Positions 17,458 to 26,517 of a DNA stretch of 32,000 bases are shown one piece after another (position 1 is the first letter of the stretch; each line of letters starts with the position of its first letter). Under the pieces are notes generated by a model. It was not told the DNA's origin. It did not search any database and saw only the letters and a list, made by a program, of their open reading frames with translations. Position numbers and translations under genes: made by a program. The stretch is from Candidatus Saccharimonadota bacterium (lineage in GTDB: Bacteria; Bacteroidota; Bacteroidia; Flavobacteriales; Blattabacteriaceae), in assembly GCF_014252415.1 (NCBI RefSeq), contig NZ_CP059223.1, positions 90,001-122,000 of the forward strand, read 5' to 3'.

Positions 17458-19302
17458 TTAACTATAAGTTAGTTTTGTTAATTTATCTGATATAAAATCA
17501 TCTAAATTTTTTCCTTTTAATAAATTACTGGAAATTAGAGTTAAATTTAATGTTTCTTTTATAATTTCGTTTTTTTCCTTTTCAGATTTCACTTGCAAAA
17601 TTTTTTTTATTAAGTGATGATTAATATTTACAATTAATTGATATTTATCAAGATCTTTTTGATTCATATTTCTTAATGAATTCATTTCTTTTATTCTTCT
17701 TAAATATTCTGGTATAATTATTAAAAATGGACGATCTTTTTCAGATAATTCTTCTAATTGTACAGAAAATTCGTAATTTTTTAATTGATTATTAATACAA
17801 TTTTTTATTAAATTTTTTTCTTCTTCATTAAGACTAGAAAATGATATTTTATCTTTTCTAAATATTATTTTATCAATATGATCTGAATCAACTCTAATAA
17901 ATGAAATATCATTATAAGACAATTCCAATTTCTGTATCAAATGAACTGATAATGGACTATTTAAAAATAAAATTTCATATCCTCTATTTTTAGATTCTTT
18001 AATTGATCTAAATTGAAGTTCTTTATTTGAGGAGTATAAAAATATAATTTTTCCTTCTTTATTTTTTTGTTTTTCTTCTATAAGTTTTTTGAATTCATTT
18101 AAAGTAAAGAAATCATTATCTATATTTGTAAAAAGAAAAAAATCAATTGATTTATTAAAAAATTGGTCATCACTAATCATTCCATATTCTATAATTATTT
18201 TTATATCCTCCCATTTTTTTTGAAAATCATTTCTATCATTTTTAAATAAAAAAGATAGTTTATCAGAAACTTTTCTTGTTATATATTTAGATATACTTTT
18301 TACTGAATTATCAGATTGTAAATGAGATCTTGATACGTTTAATGGTATATCTGGTGAATCTATTACTCCTCTTAATAAACTTAAAAAATCTGGGACTATA
18401 CCTTCTAAATTATCCGTAACATAAACTTGATTTTGATATAAAAATATTTTTTCTTTTTGTAAATCTATTCTTTTTTCTATTTTTGGAAAAAATAAAATTC
18501 CATTTAAATGAAATGGATGATCTATATTTAGATGTACCCAAAATAATGGATCATCTAATTGGCTAGGATATAATTCTTTATGAAAATCTAAATAATCTTT
18601 ATTTTTTAATTCATTAGGATTTTTTTTCCATGCAGGAGATACATTATTTATAATATTTACTTTACGAGATTTTTCATTAATTTGATCATCTTTATGTAAA
18701 GAAAGATAAATAGGAATAGGCATGAATTTACAATATTTTTTCAATAATTTAAAAACATGATCATAATTAAGAAATTCATTATTTTCATCATCTATATATA
18801 AAATAATTTCTGTACCTCTATTTTTTTTTTCAGTTTCCTTCATAAAAAAATTTGTAGAACCGTCACATGACCATAACATAGATGAATCATTACTATTATA
18901 TGATTGAGTCAAAATCACAACTTTATTTGAAACCATAAAAGAGGAATAAAACCCTAAACCAAAATGACCAATAATGGAAGAATTTTTATATTTTTTTATA
19001 AATTCCTCTGCTCCAGAAAAAGCAATTTGATTAATATATTTTTCTATTTCTTTTTTATTCATGCCAACTCCATTATCTACAATATGTAATGATTTATTTT
19101 TTTTATTAATAAAAACTTTTATTTTGAAATCATTAGAGATTAAATCATCTATATGATTTAATCTAGATATCATTTTTAACTTAATAGTTGCATCTGTTGC
19201 ATTAGCAATTAATTCACGTAAAAAAATTTCTTTATCTGAATAAAGAAATTTTTTAATTATAGGAAAAATATTTTCAGAATTTACACTAATTTTGTTTTTC
19301 AT
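17458..19302 (-). CDS. htpG: Molecular chaperone HtpG (Hsp90)
   Basis: 614 aa. FLRELIANATDA, GHFGLGFYSSFMV and RGVIDSPDIPLNVSRSHLQ. Confidence 0.96.
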   Translation of the reverse strand: MKNKISVNSENIFPIIKKFLYSDKEIFLRELIANATDATIKLKMISRLNHIDDLISNDFKIKVFINKKNKSLHIVDNGVGMNKKEIEKYINQIAFSGAEEFIKKYKNSSIIGHFGLGFYSSFMVSNKVVILTQSYNSNDSSMLWSCDGSTNFFMKETEKKNRGTEIILYIDDENNEFLNYDHVFKLLKKYCKFMPIPIYLSLHKDDQINEKSRKVNIINNVSPAWKKNPNELKNKDYLDFHKELYPSQLDDPLFWVHLNIDHPFHLNGILFFPKIEKRIDLQKEKIFLYQNQVYVTDNLEGIVPDFLSLLRGVIDSPDIPLNVSRSHLQSDNSVKSISKYITRKVSDKLSFLFKNDRNDFQKKWEDIKIIIEYGMISDDQFFNKSIDFFLFTNIDNDFFTLNEFKKLIEEKQKNKEGKIIFLYSSNKELQFRSIKESKNRGYEILFLNSPLSVHLIQKLELSYNDISFIRVDSDHIDKIIFRKDKISFSSLNEEEKNLIKNCINNQLKNYEFSVQLEELSEKDRPFLIIIPEYLRRIKEMNSLRNMNQKDLDKYQLIVNINHHLIKKILQVKSEKEKNEIIKETLNLTLISSNLLKGKNLDDFISDKLTKLTYS

Positions 19303-19328
19303 AGAATATAAAAAATTTTGTAACTATA

Positions 19329-20231
19329 TTATTTTTTTAAAATTTTATCAATAAATATTTCTTCATTAAATTTTTTTAAATCACTTAAATTTTCTCCTGT
19401 TCCTATATATTGAATAGGAATATCATACTCGTTTAATATTTTTAATATAAATCCTCCTTTTGCAGATCCGTCCATTTTTGTTATAATTATAGAAGATATT
19501 TTAGTAAAAAAAGAAAAATTTTTTGTCTGTTCAAAAGCGTTTTGACCAGTATTAGCATCTAATATCAAAATAGTTTCATGAGGAGCTTCGGGTATTAATT
19601 TTTTTATTACTTTATCAATTTTTGATAATTCTTTCATAAGATTAACACGATTATGTAATCTTCCTGCAGTATCAATTAATACAACATCTTTTTTTCTCGA
19701 TATTGCAGCTTGTATAGTATCATAAGAAACTGAAGCAGGATCCGAATGAATTTTTTGTTTTATTAATTCTACTTTAGATCTATTTGATAATATTTCAAGT
19801 TGTTCTATTGCAGATTCACGAAATGTATCTGAAGCTCCTATAATTGGATTATATCCGTTTTGTTTTAATAAAAATGATAATTTACCAATAGTTGTAGTTT
19901 TTCCTACTCCATTAATACCTATTATCATTATTACATATGGTTTTTTAGATATTTTTATTTTATCTAATAATGATTTTTTATTTTTGTTTTTTATAATATT
20001 TAATATATCATTTTTTAATACTATTTTCAAATCTTTTACTTTAATATTATCATTTTTAATTCTATTTTCTAAATTAGAAACTATTTTTATAGTAATATTT
20101 GTTCCTATGTCTGCAGATAATAAAATTTTTTCTATATGATCAATATCACTTTTATTTATTATATTTTTTTCTTTATCAAAAAAAAATTTTTTTATTTTAT
20201 AAAAAAAATTATCATTTTTTATCTTTTTCAT
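19329..20231 (-). CDS. ftsY: Signal recognition particle receptor FtsY
   Basis: 300 aa. SRP GTPase motifs GINGVGKTTTIGKL, DTAGRLH and TKMDGSAKGG. Confidence 0.95.
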   Translation of the reverse strand: MKKIKNDNFFYKIKKFFFDKEKNIINKSDIDHIEKILLSADIGTNITIKIVSNLENRIKNDNIKVKDLKIVLKNDILNIIKNKNKKSLLDKIKISKKPYVIMIIGINGVGKTTTIGKLSFLLKQNGYNPIIGASDTFRESAIEQLEILSNRSKVELIKQKIHSDPASVSYDTIQAAISRKKDVVLIDTAGRLHNRVNLMKELSKIDKVIKKLIPEAPHETILILDANTGQNAFEQTKNFSFFTKISSIIITKMDGSAKGGFILKILNEYDIPIQYIGTGENLSDLKKFNEEIFIDKILKK

Positions 20232-20382
20232 TAATATTTAATTTTTTTTTACAAGTACTTTTTGATAAAAAATTTATTGCTTCATCTTTTATTAAAATTT
20301 TACTTATAAATCTATAACTAGATTTAGTTTCTAATTTTACCATTTTTATAGCTAACACAATTTTTTTATTTTTTTTGTCCAT
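20212..20382 (-). CDS. DUF4295 family small protein
   Basis: Hand-found 56-aa ORF: MDKKNKKIVLAIKMVKLETKSSYRFISKILIKDEAINFLSKSTCKKKLNINEKDKK (ATG 20382-20380, TGA 20214-20212). The core AIKMVK-x-(S/T)-x-Y-x-F...FL-x-K and the position between rpmG and ftsY match the Bacteroidota DUF4295 gene. It overlaps the ftsY start by 20 nt. Confidence 0.7.
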   Translation of the reverse strand: MDKKNKKIVLAIKMVKLETKSSYRFISKILIKDEAINFLSKSTCKKKLNINEKDKK

Positions 20383-20408
20383 AAAAAGATTTTTTAAAAA
20401 AATTTAAA

Positions 20409-20591
20409 TTATTTGATTTCTTTATGAATTGTATACTTTTTTAAAATTGGATTAAATTTTTTTAATTGCATTCTATTTGGATTATTTTTTTTATTTTTGG
20501 TTGTAACATATCTAGAAATACCAGGAATTCCTGTTTTTTTTTGTTCAGAACATTCTAAAATGACTTGTATTCTATTTCCTTTTTTTCCCAT
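20409..20591 (-). CDS. rpmG: 50S ribosomal protein L33
   Basis: 60 aa. [60 protein letters not shown] is full length and typical of bacterial L33. Confidence 0.96.
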   Translation of the reverse strand: MGKKGNRIQVILECSEQKKTGIPGISRYVTTKNKKNNPNRMQLKKFNPILKKYTIHKEIK

Positions 20592-20808
20592 AATTAAAAC
20601 GTTTTATTGCATTTTCTATTCCTATTTTATCAATAATTTTTATTGTAGAAGCACAAATTTTAATAGTAATCCACTTTTTTTTTTTTGATAAAAAAAAACG
20701 TTTTTTTAATAAATTTATATTGAAACGACGTTTATTTTTATTATTTGCATGAGAAATTTTATTTCCAACCATTGATTTTTTTCCGGTTAATTCACAAATT
20801 CTTGACAT
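20572..20808 (-). CDS. rpmB: 50S ribosomal protein L28
   Basis: 78 aa. [29 protein letters not shown]... is full length and typical of L28. Its 3' end overlaps rpmG by 20 nt. Confidence 0.95.
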   Translation of the reverse strand: MSRICELTGKKSMVGNKISHANNKNKRRFNINLLKKRFFLSKKKKWITIKICASTIKIIDKIGIENAIKRFNYGKKRK

Positions 20809-20909
20809 AATACAAATTATTTAAAATAATTTAAATTAAAAAAATAATTACAATTACTAATAATATTTACTTAAAAATTAATATAATAATGTAAGAAAAA
20901 TAATTTAAT

Positions 20910-21614
20910 ATGTCAGGACATAGTAAATGGACTAATATACAACATAGGAAACAAAATCAAGATATAAAAAAATCTAAAAAGTTTTCTAAATTTATTAGGG
21001 AAATTAATTTAATAATAAAAAAATTTGGTATTAATAGTTTTCATTTAAAAAAAATTATTGATAATGCAAAATTATTAAATATTCCTAAGAATAAAATAGA
21101 AAAAATAATTAAAAAATCATTAATTAAAAATAATAATAATTGTAAAAATTTAGATTTAGAAGGAAAAATACATGGAATTTGTATATACATAGAATGTATA
21201 ACGGATAATAATATTAGAACTACTTCTAACATAAGAACATGTTTTAACAAACATGGTGGAAAATTATGCAATAATGGAAATTTATCTCATTTTTTTTCTA
21301 AAAAAATGATTTTTTCTATAAAAAAAGAAGATATTTTTTCAATAAAAGATTTTGAACTTATGTTAATAGATTTTGGAGCAAATGATATCTTTAACAAAAA
21401 TAATAAAATTGATTTTATTACAAATTTTGAAGATTTTGGTACAATGAAAAATAATCTTGAAAAATTAAAATTAAAATATAATTTTAAATCAATAAGAATA
21501 CCTAATCATTTAATAGATATTAAAAAAGAAAATAAAGAAAAAGTTATTAACTTGATCGAAAAACTTAAAAAATTTAATGATATAAAAAATATATACTCTA
21601 ACTTAATTATATAA
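20910..21614 (+). CDS. YebC/PmpR family DNA-binding transcriptional regulator
   Basis: 234 aa. Diagnostic N-terminus MSGHSKWTNIQHRK, with length and domain order typical of the family. Confidence 0.9.
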   Translation: MSGHSKWTNIQHRKQNQDIKKSKKFSKFIREINLIIKKFGINSFHLKKIIDNAKLLNIPKNKIEKIIKKSLIKNNNNCKNLDLEGKIHGICIYIECITDNNIRTTSNIRTCFNKHGGKLCNNGNLSHFFSKKMIFSIKKEDIFSIKDFELMLIDFGANDIFNKNNKIDFITNFEDFGTMKNNLEKLKLKYNFKSIRIPNHLIDIKKENKEKVINLIEKLKKFNDIKNIYSNLII

Positions 21615-21620
21615 AAAAAT

Positions 21621-21927
21621 AAGGCAGGGTGACCTATCGCGTTTTTTTTTAAAAATGAGGAAAGTCCGGACACCATAGAGCAACACAATGGGTAATCCCC
21701 ATCCATTATAAAAAAAATGAGGAATAGTGCAACAGAAAGAAAGTACAGAAAAATGCTGTAGTGAAATCATGTAAACTCTGTGTGGTGAAATGCCATGTAA
21801 ACCGGAGACTTGCTCGGTTAATTCCGGAGGGTAGGCAGATAGAAATTTTAGGGTAATCTAAAGTTCAAGATAAATGATAGGTATATCAAATATATGATTT
21901 ACAGAATCCGGCTTATAACCTTGCCTT
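21621..21927 (+). ncRNA. rnpB: RNase P RNA, bacterial type A, shortened (about 307 nt)
   Basis: P1 aaggcaggg pairs with ccttgcctt. P2 cctatc pairs with gatagg. Universally conserved blocks are GAGGAAAGTCCGGAC (CR-I/P4), AGTGCAACAGAAAG, ATGTAAACC and ACAGAATCCGGCTTA (CR-V/P4). Boundaries are good to within a few nt. Confidence 0.92.
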
Positions 21928-21934
21928 AAATTTT

Positions 21935-22020
21935 GGAGAGATGGCCGAGAGGCTTAAGGCGCACGTCTGGAAAGCGTGTATACAATTTAAGTATCAAGGG
22001 TTCGAATCCCTTTCTCTCCG
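21935..22020 (+). tRNA. tRNA-Ser (anticodon GGA), class II
   Basis: Acceptor ggagaga/tctctcc, discriminator G. Anticodon loop c-t-GGA-a-a on stem cacgt/gcgtg (one G-U). Long variable arm. T arm aaggg-ttcgaat-ccctt. No encoded CCA. Confidence 0.9.
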
Positions 22021-22029
22021 CTAGAAAAA

Positions 22030-23184
22030 TTAATTATCTAATTTTTTAAATTTTTTTTCAATTAAATTTGATCTAACTCCTAGTAATTGATCAATATCTT
22101 TAGATGCTCCATTGAGTTTATCTTTTGCTTGATTAAGTAAATATCCAAATTTTGAAAATTCTTGTTTTATAGATTCCAATATATCCCAAACTTCAGAAGT
22201 TTGTTTTTGTATAGCTAAAGTTCTAAATCCTACTTGAAAACTATTTAATATGACTGCTAAAGTAGAAGGGCCTGCTATAATTGTTTTATATTTTTTTAAT
22301 AATTCTTCTAATAAACTAGAATTTTTAATCACTTCTACGTATATTCCTTCAAAAGGTAAAAATAGTATAGCAAAATCAGTAGTATTCGGAGGTTCAATAT
22401 ATTTATGTTTAATATCTTTAGACATTTTTTTTAAAACTAATTCCATATTTTTTTTAGCTATTTCAATATTTTTTTTTAATCCACAACGATAGGCATTTTG
22501 AAGTTTTTCGTAAGTTTCTTTTGGAAATTTAACATCAATTGGTAACCATATAATATGATCTCCATTTCCAGGAAATTTAATTGCAAATTCTACAACATAA
22601 TTTGTTTTAGGTCTTGTAATTACATTAGAAGCATATTGTCCTGGAGACAATATTTGTTCAAGTAACATAGATAATTGCATCTCACTGAAACTACTACATA
22701 TTTTTACATGATTCAAGGTATTTTTTAGAGAACTTATATCGTTTGCCAAAATTTTCATTTCTCCTAAACCTTTTTGTAAAAAGGTGAGTTGATTTTCAAT
22801 CAAATTAAATGATCTACCCAAATGAATATCAATAGAACCTTTAAGTTCGTTAGTAATAATATTTTTTATTGATTCTACATTTTTATTCATTAAATCAATA
22901 AATTTATTTTGTTCAATATAAATAGAATCAATTTTAGTGGATTGAGATTGATTATATGATTTTATATCTTTACTTAAAATATTTTGATAATCTTTGGATG
23001 TACGAATCCATTCGTTTTTAAATGATGTTAAAAAATTTAAATTTCTATCTTTATCATAAAAATAAATATTTTTAATTTCATTTCTTTGGTTTATAAATTC
23101 ATTTCTTAATGAGGATTCCAATTTTATAAAAAACAAAATTAAAAAAAATAAAAAAATTAATAATGATAAGATTAAATATAACAT
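22030..23184 (-). CDS. rmuC: DNA recombination protein RmuC
   Basis: 384 aa. N-terminal TM helix, coiled-coil region, and a conserved C-terminal RmuC nuclease-like core (VEFAIKFPG, LPIDVKFP, DFAILFLPFEGIY, IIAGPSTL). Confidence 0.85.
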   Translation of the reverse strand: MLYLILSLLIFLFFLILFFIKLESSLRNEFINQRNEIKNIYFYDKDRNLNFLTSFKNEWIRTSKDYQNILSKDIKSYNQSQSTKIDSIYIEQNKFIDLMNKNVESIKNIITNELKGSIDIHLGRSFNLIENQLTFLQKGLGEMKILANDISSLKNTLNHVKICSSFSEMQLSMLLEQILSPGQYASNVITRPKTNYVVEFAIKFPGNGDHIIWLPIDVKFPKETYEKLQNAYRCGLKKNIEIAKKNMELVLKKMSKDIKHKYIEPPNTTDFAILFLPFEGIYVEVIKNSSLLEELLKKYKTIIAGPSTLAVILNSFQVGFRTLAIQKQTSEVWDILESIKQEFSKFGYLLNQAKDKLNGASKDIDQLLGVRSNLIEKKFKKLDN

Positions 23185-23218
23185 AAAAATGAAGATGAAG
23201 AAAATATAAAATAATAAA

Positions 23219-23291
<73 letters not shown>

Positions 23292-23336
23292 ATCAATTTC
23301 AACAATATAATATTTTCCATTCATAAAAACAAATTA

Positions 23337-24875
23337 TTATCCATTCATAGATATTAAAAATTCTTCATTGTTTTGTGTTCTTATAATTCTAGATCTTAAA
23401 AATTCCATAGCTTCTACTGAATTCATATCAGAAAGATGTTTTCTTAAAATCCACATTCTTTGTAATGTATTTGAATCTAATAAAAGATTATCTTTTCTTG
23501 TACTTGATGATACTAAATCAATAGCAGGGTATATTCTTTTATTAGCTATCCTTCTATCCAATTGAAGTTCTTTATTACCTGTTCCTTTAAATTCTTCAAA
23601 AATTACTTCATCCATTTTAGATCCTGTGTCAATCATTGCTGTTGCAATAATTGATAATGACCCTCCATTTTCTATGTTCCTGGCCGCCCCAAAAAATCTT
23701 TTTGGTCTATGTAATGCATTAGCATCTACTCCTCCTGACAATACTTTTCCAGAAGCTGGAGCCACAGTATTATATGCACGTGCTAATCTTGTAATAGAAT
23801 CTAATAAAATAACTACATCGTGAGAACATTCTACCATTCTTTTTGCTTTTTGTAAAACAATATTTGCTACTTTAACATGGCGATCTGCAGGTTCATCAAA
23901 AGTAGATGCAATAACTTCACCCCTTACACTTCTTTGCATATCTGTTACTTCTTCAGGTCTTTCATCAATTAATAAAATTATTAGATATACTTCTTGATGA
24001 TTTGCTGCAATAGCATTAGCTATTTCTTTTAATAAAGTAGTTTTTCCAGTTTTTGGAGGAGCAACAATCATACCTCTTTGTCCTTTTCCTATAGGTGTAA
24101 AAAGATCTACAATTCTAGTTGAAAGAGTTGAATTTTTTCCAGCTAATTGAAATTTTTCATTAGGAAATAATGGAGTTAAATGTTCAAAAGAATTTCTTCC
24201 TCTAACAAAAGAGGGGTTTTTTCCATTTATTTCGATAATTTTTATTAATGGAAAATATTTTTCTCCATTTTTAGGTGGGCGAACTTCACCTCTTATTGTA
24301 TCACCAGTTTTCATTCCAAATAACCTAATTTGAGATTGAGATACATATATATCATCAGGTGATGACAAATAATTAAAATCGGAAGATCTTAAAAAACCAT
24401 AATTTTCAGGCATGATTTCTAATACACCTTCACTAATAATTATTCCTTCAAATTCATATTCAGGAGTTCTATATTTATTAGAAGTAGTATTTCTGTGGAA
24501 ATTATCTTTTCCACTAAAAAAATTAGAATTATGTTTTGGATTATCATATCTTTCTGATTTTTTCCAATTGGGAAAATTTTTATATTTTTTTTGAAATTTT
24601 ACATGATTTTCTTGAGGATTATATTTTTTTTTTGAGAATTCTTTTATTGAATTTTTTTTTTCAAAAAATAATTTTTTTGATTCCACATTTTTTCTAATAA
24701 ATTCTTTTATTTTATTTTCTTTTGAAAAATTTTTTTTATTTTTATTCAATGTGGAAATTATTTTTTCTAATAATTCATTTTTACGTAATTGAGTACATCT
24801 TTTTAAACCAGAAGATTTCGCAATTTCCTGTAATTCAAAAAGTTTTTTACTTTTTAACTCAGTAATATCAAACAT
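23337..24875 (-). CDS. rho: Transcription termination factor Rho with a roughly 95-aa lysine/asparagine-rich N-terminal insertion
   Basis: 512 aa. N-terminal helix bundle ([20 protein letters not shown]). CSD-like RNA-binding domain ([32 protein letters not shown]). Walker [25 protein letters not shown] and the C-terminus are conserved. Confidence 0.96.
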   Translation of the reverse strand: MFDITELKSKKLFELQEIAKSSGLKRCTQLRKNELLEKIISTLNKNKKNFSKENKIKEFIRKNVESKKLFFEKKNSIKEFSKKKYNPQENHVKFQKKYKNFPNWKKSERYDNPKHNSNFFSGKDNFHRNTTSNKYRTPEYEFEGIIISEGVLEIMPENYGFLRSSDFNYLSSPDDIYVSQSQIRLFGMKTGDTIRGEVRPPKNGEKYFPLIKIIEINGKNPSFVRGRNSFEHLTPLFPNEKFQLAGKNSTLSTRIVDLFTPIGKGQRGMIVAPPKTGKTTLLKEIANAIAANHQEVYLIILLIDERPEEVTDMQRSVRGEVIASTFDEPADRHVKVANIVLQKAKRMVECSHDVVILLDSITRLARAYNTVAPASGKVLSGGVDANALHRPKRFFGAARNIENGGSLSIIATAMIDTGSKMDEVIFEEFKGTGNKELQLDRRIANKRIYPAIDLVSSSTRKDNLLLDSNTLQRMWILRKHLSDMNSVEAMEFLRSRIIRTQNNEEFLISMNG

Positions 24876-25007
24876 AAAATAATTGGATTAGGTTTATAAT
24901 AATTATAGGAACGAGAAATACAATTATACAAAAAAATTCGATTGAACTTGAATAAAAAATTAAATAAATCATTTAAATTATTAAAATATTAAATATTTTA
25001 TTGAATT

Positions 25008-25415
25008 ATGTTATATAGAATACAATCATTATATTTATCAATATCAATTTTATTTTATTCTTTTTCTATATCTTTTTTATTAAATAATAGAATAATAAGA
25101 TATAATAGATTACAAGCTTTATCTATGTCATTAACGATATTGTGTATAATTTTATCATTATCCAGTATTATTTTATTTAAAAAAAGAAAAATACAGTTAA
25201 TATTAAATAATATTAATATTATTTTAAATACTGTTAGTTTTTTAATTATTTTATTTTTTTTAGATAGTGAATTTTACAGTTACTTTTTTGATGCAAAAAA
25301 AATTAATTTTTCTTTAATTTTATTTTTATTTTCATCTAATATACTTTTATATATAACAAATCGTACTCTTAAAAAAGAAATGAAAATTATTGATTCTATT
25401 AATAGAATACGATAA
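25008..25415 (+). CDS. DUF4293-like polytopic membrane protein
   Basis: 135 aa with about 4 TM segments. The N-terminus MLYRIQSLYLSISILF resembles the M-x-QRIQ-x-YL start of DUF4293 proteins, which typically sit next to rho in Flavobacteriia (from memory). Confidence 0.6.
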   Translation: MLYRIQSLYLSISILFYSFSISFLLNNRIIRYNRLQALSMSLTILCIILSLSSIILFKKRKIQLILNNINIILNTVSFLIILFFLDSEFYSYFFDAKKINFSLILFLFSSNILLYITNRTLKKEMKIIDSINRIR

Positions 25416-26512
25416 TGAAAATAAAAAAATATGAAATTTTTATTAAAAAATTAGAAATTTATAAAAATGAATTTTTAAAAATTTCTAAGAGTATTATACA
25501 ACCTAATATTTTATCTGATAAAAAAAAATATAAGTTTCTAATAGAAAAATATAATGAATTAGAAAAAATATTTCTTCTTTATAATGAATTTAAAAAAAAA
25601 ATTGATTTTTTAAAAGAAGCTGATTTTATTATAAAAAATGATTCAGATAAAGAAATTATAAAATTTGCAATAACAGAAAAGATTAATTTAGTTAAAAAAT
25701 TAGAATGTATTAAAAACAAATTATGTGAAAAAATAAAATATAAAAAAATAAAAAAAGATAACTATAGAAATGTGATCTTAGAAATAAGATCTGGAACAGG
25801 TGGAGATGAAGCTTGTTTATTTGTAGAAGATATATTAAGAATGTACATTATGTACTTTAAAAAAGTAAATTGGGGATATAAAATTATTAATTATCAACAA
25901 GGAACTAAAGGATATAAGGAAGTAATAATAGATGTATATAGCAAAAACAAAAAACATGAAATATATGGAAATCTTAAATTTGAATCTGGAGTACATAGAG
26001 TACAAAGAATCCCAAAAACTGAATCTCAAGGAAGATTACATACTTCTGCAATAACAATAGCAGTTTTACCAAAAGTAGAAAATATAGAAATATCTATTAA
26101 TCCAGTAGATATAAAAAAATATACTTTTAGATCTAGTGGAGCAGGAGGACAACATGTAAATAAAACAGAATCCGCAGTTAGACTTGTTCATTTACCGAGT
26201 AATATTAAAGTAGAATGTCAAGAAGAACGTTCTCAACATAAAAATTTTGAAAAAGCAATGATGGTTTTAAAATCAAAAATATATAATAATGAAATAGAAA
26301 AAAGATTAAAAGATATATCTACGAAGAGAAAATCATTAATTTTAACAGGAGATAGATCCGTAAAAATACGAACTTATAATTATCATAATAATAGAGTTAC
26401 GGATCATAGAATACATAAATCTATTCATAATCTTAATGAATTTATGAATGGAAATATTCAAGAAATGATTAATGCATTAAGAATAGAAGAAAATAAATTA
26501 AAATTTCTATAA
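25415..26512 (+). CDS. prfA: Peptide chain release factor 1
   Basis: 365 aa. GGQ motif SSGAGGQHVNKTESAVR. RF1-type P-x-T tripeptide in RIPKTESQGRLHTS. The ATG overlaps the preceding TAA by 1 nt (TAATG). Confidence 0.95.
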   Translation: MKIKKYEIFIKKLEIYKNEFLKISKSIIQPNILSDKKKYKFLIEKYNELEKIFLLYNEFKKKIDFLKEADFIIKNDSDKEIIKFAITEKINLVKKLECIKNKLCEKIKYKKIKKDNYRNVILEIRSGTGGDEACLFVEDILRMYIMYFKKVNWGYKIINYQQGTKGYKEVIIDVYSKNKKHEIYGNLKFESGVHRVQRIPKTESQGRLHTSAITIAVLPKVENIEISINPVDIKKYTFRSSGAGGQHVNKTESAVRLVHLPSNIKVECQEERSQHKNFEKAMMVLKSKIYNNEIEKRLKDISTKRKSLILTGDRSVKIRTYNYHNNRVTDHRIHKSIHNLNEFMNGNIQEMINALRIEENKLKFL

Positions 26513-26517
26513 AAATT

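Noticed and set aside
20099-20688. Plus-strand ORFs 20099-20317 and 20497-20688
   Set aside because: They are antisense to ftsY/DUF4295 and to rpmG/rpmB, whose minus-strand frames encode canonical full-length proteins.
21041-21271. 76-aa minus-strand ORF inside yebC
   Set aside because: It is an antisense shadow of the conserved YebC frame.
21506-21706. 66-aa minus-strand ORF spanning the yebC end and beyond
   Set aside because: It overlaps the yebC 3' end and the 5' third of RNase P RNA, including the GAGGAAAGTCCGGAC block on the other strand. The RNA gene explains the sequence.
22250-22492. 80-aa plus-strand ORF inside rmuC
   Set aside because: It is antisense to the conserved RmuC core and has no motifs.
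23368-24594. Plus-strand ORFs 23368-23565, 23626-23823 and 24412-24594 inside rho
   Set aside because: They are antisense to the highly conserved Rho ATPase and CSD regions. These are chance ORFs.
25835-26029. 64-aa minus-strand ORF inside prfA
   Set aside because: It is antisense to the conserved RF1 frame.
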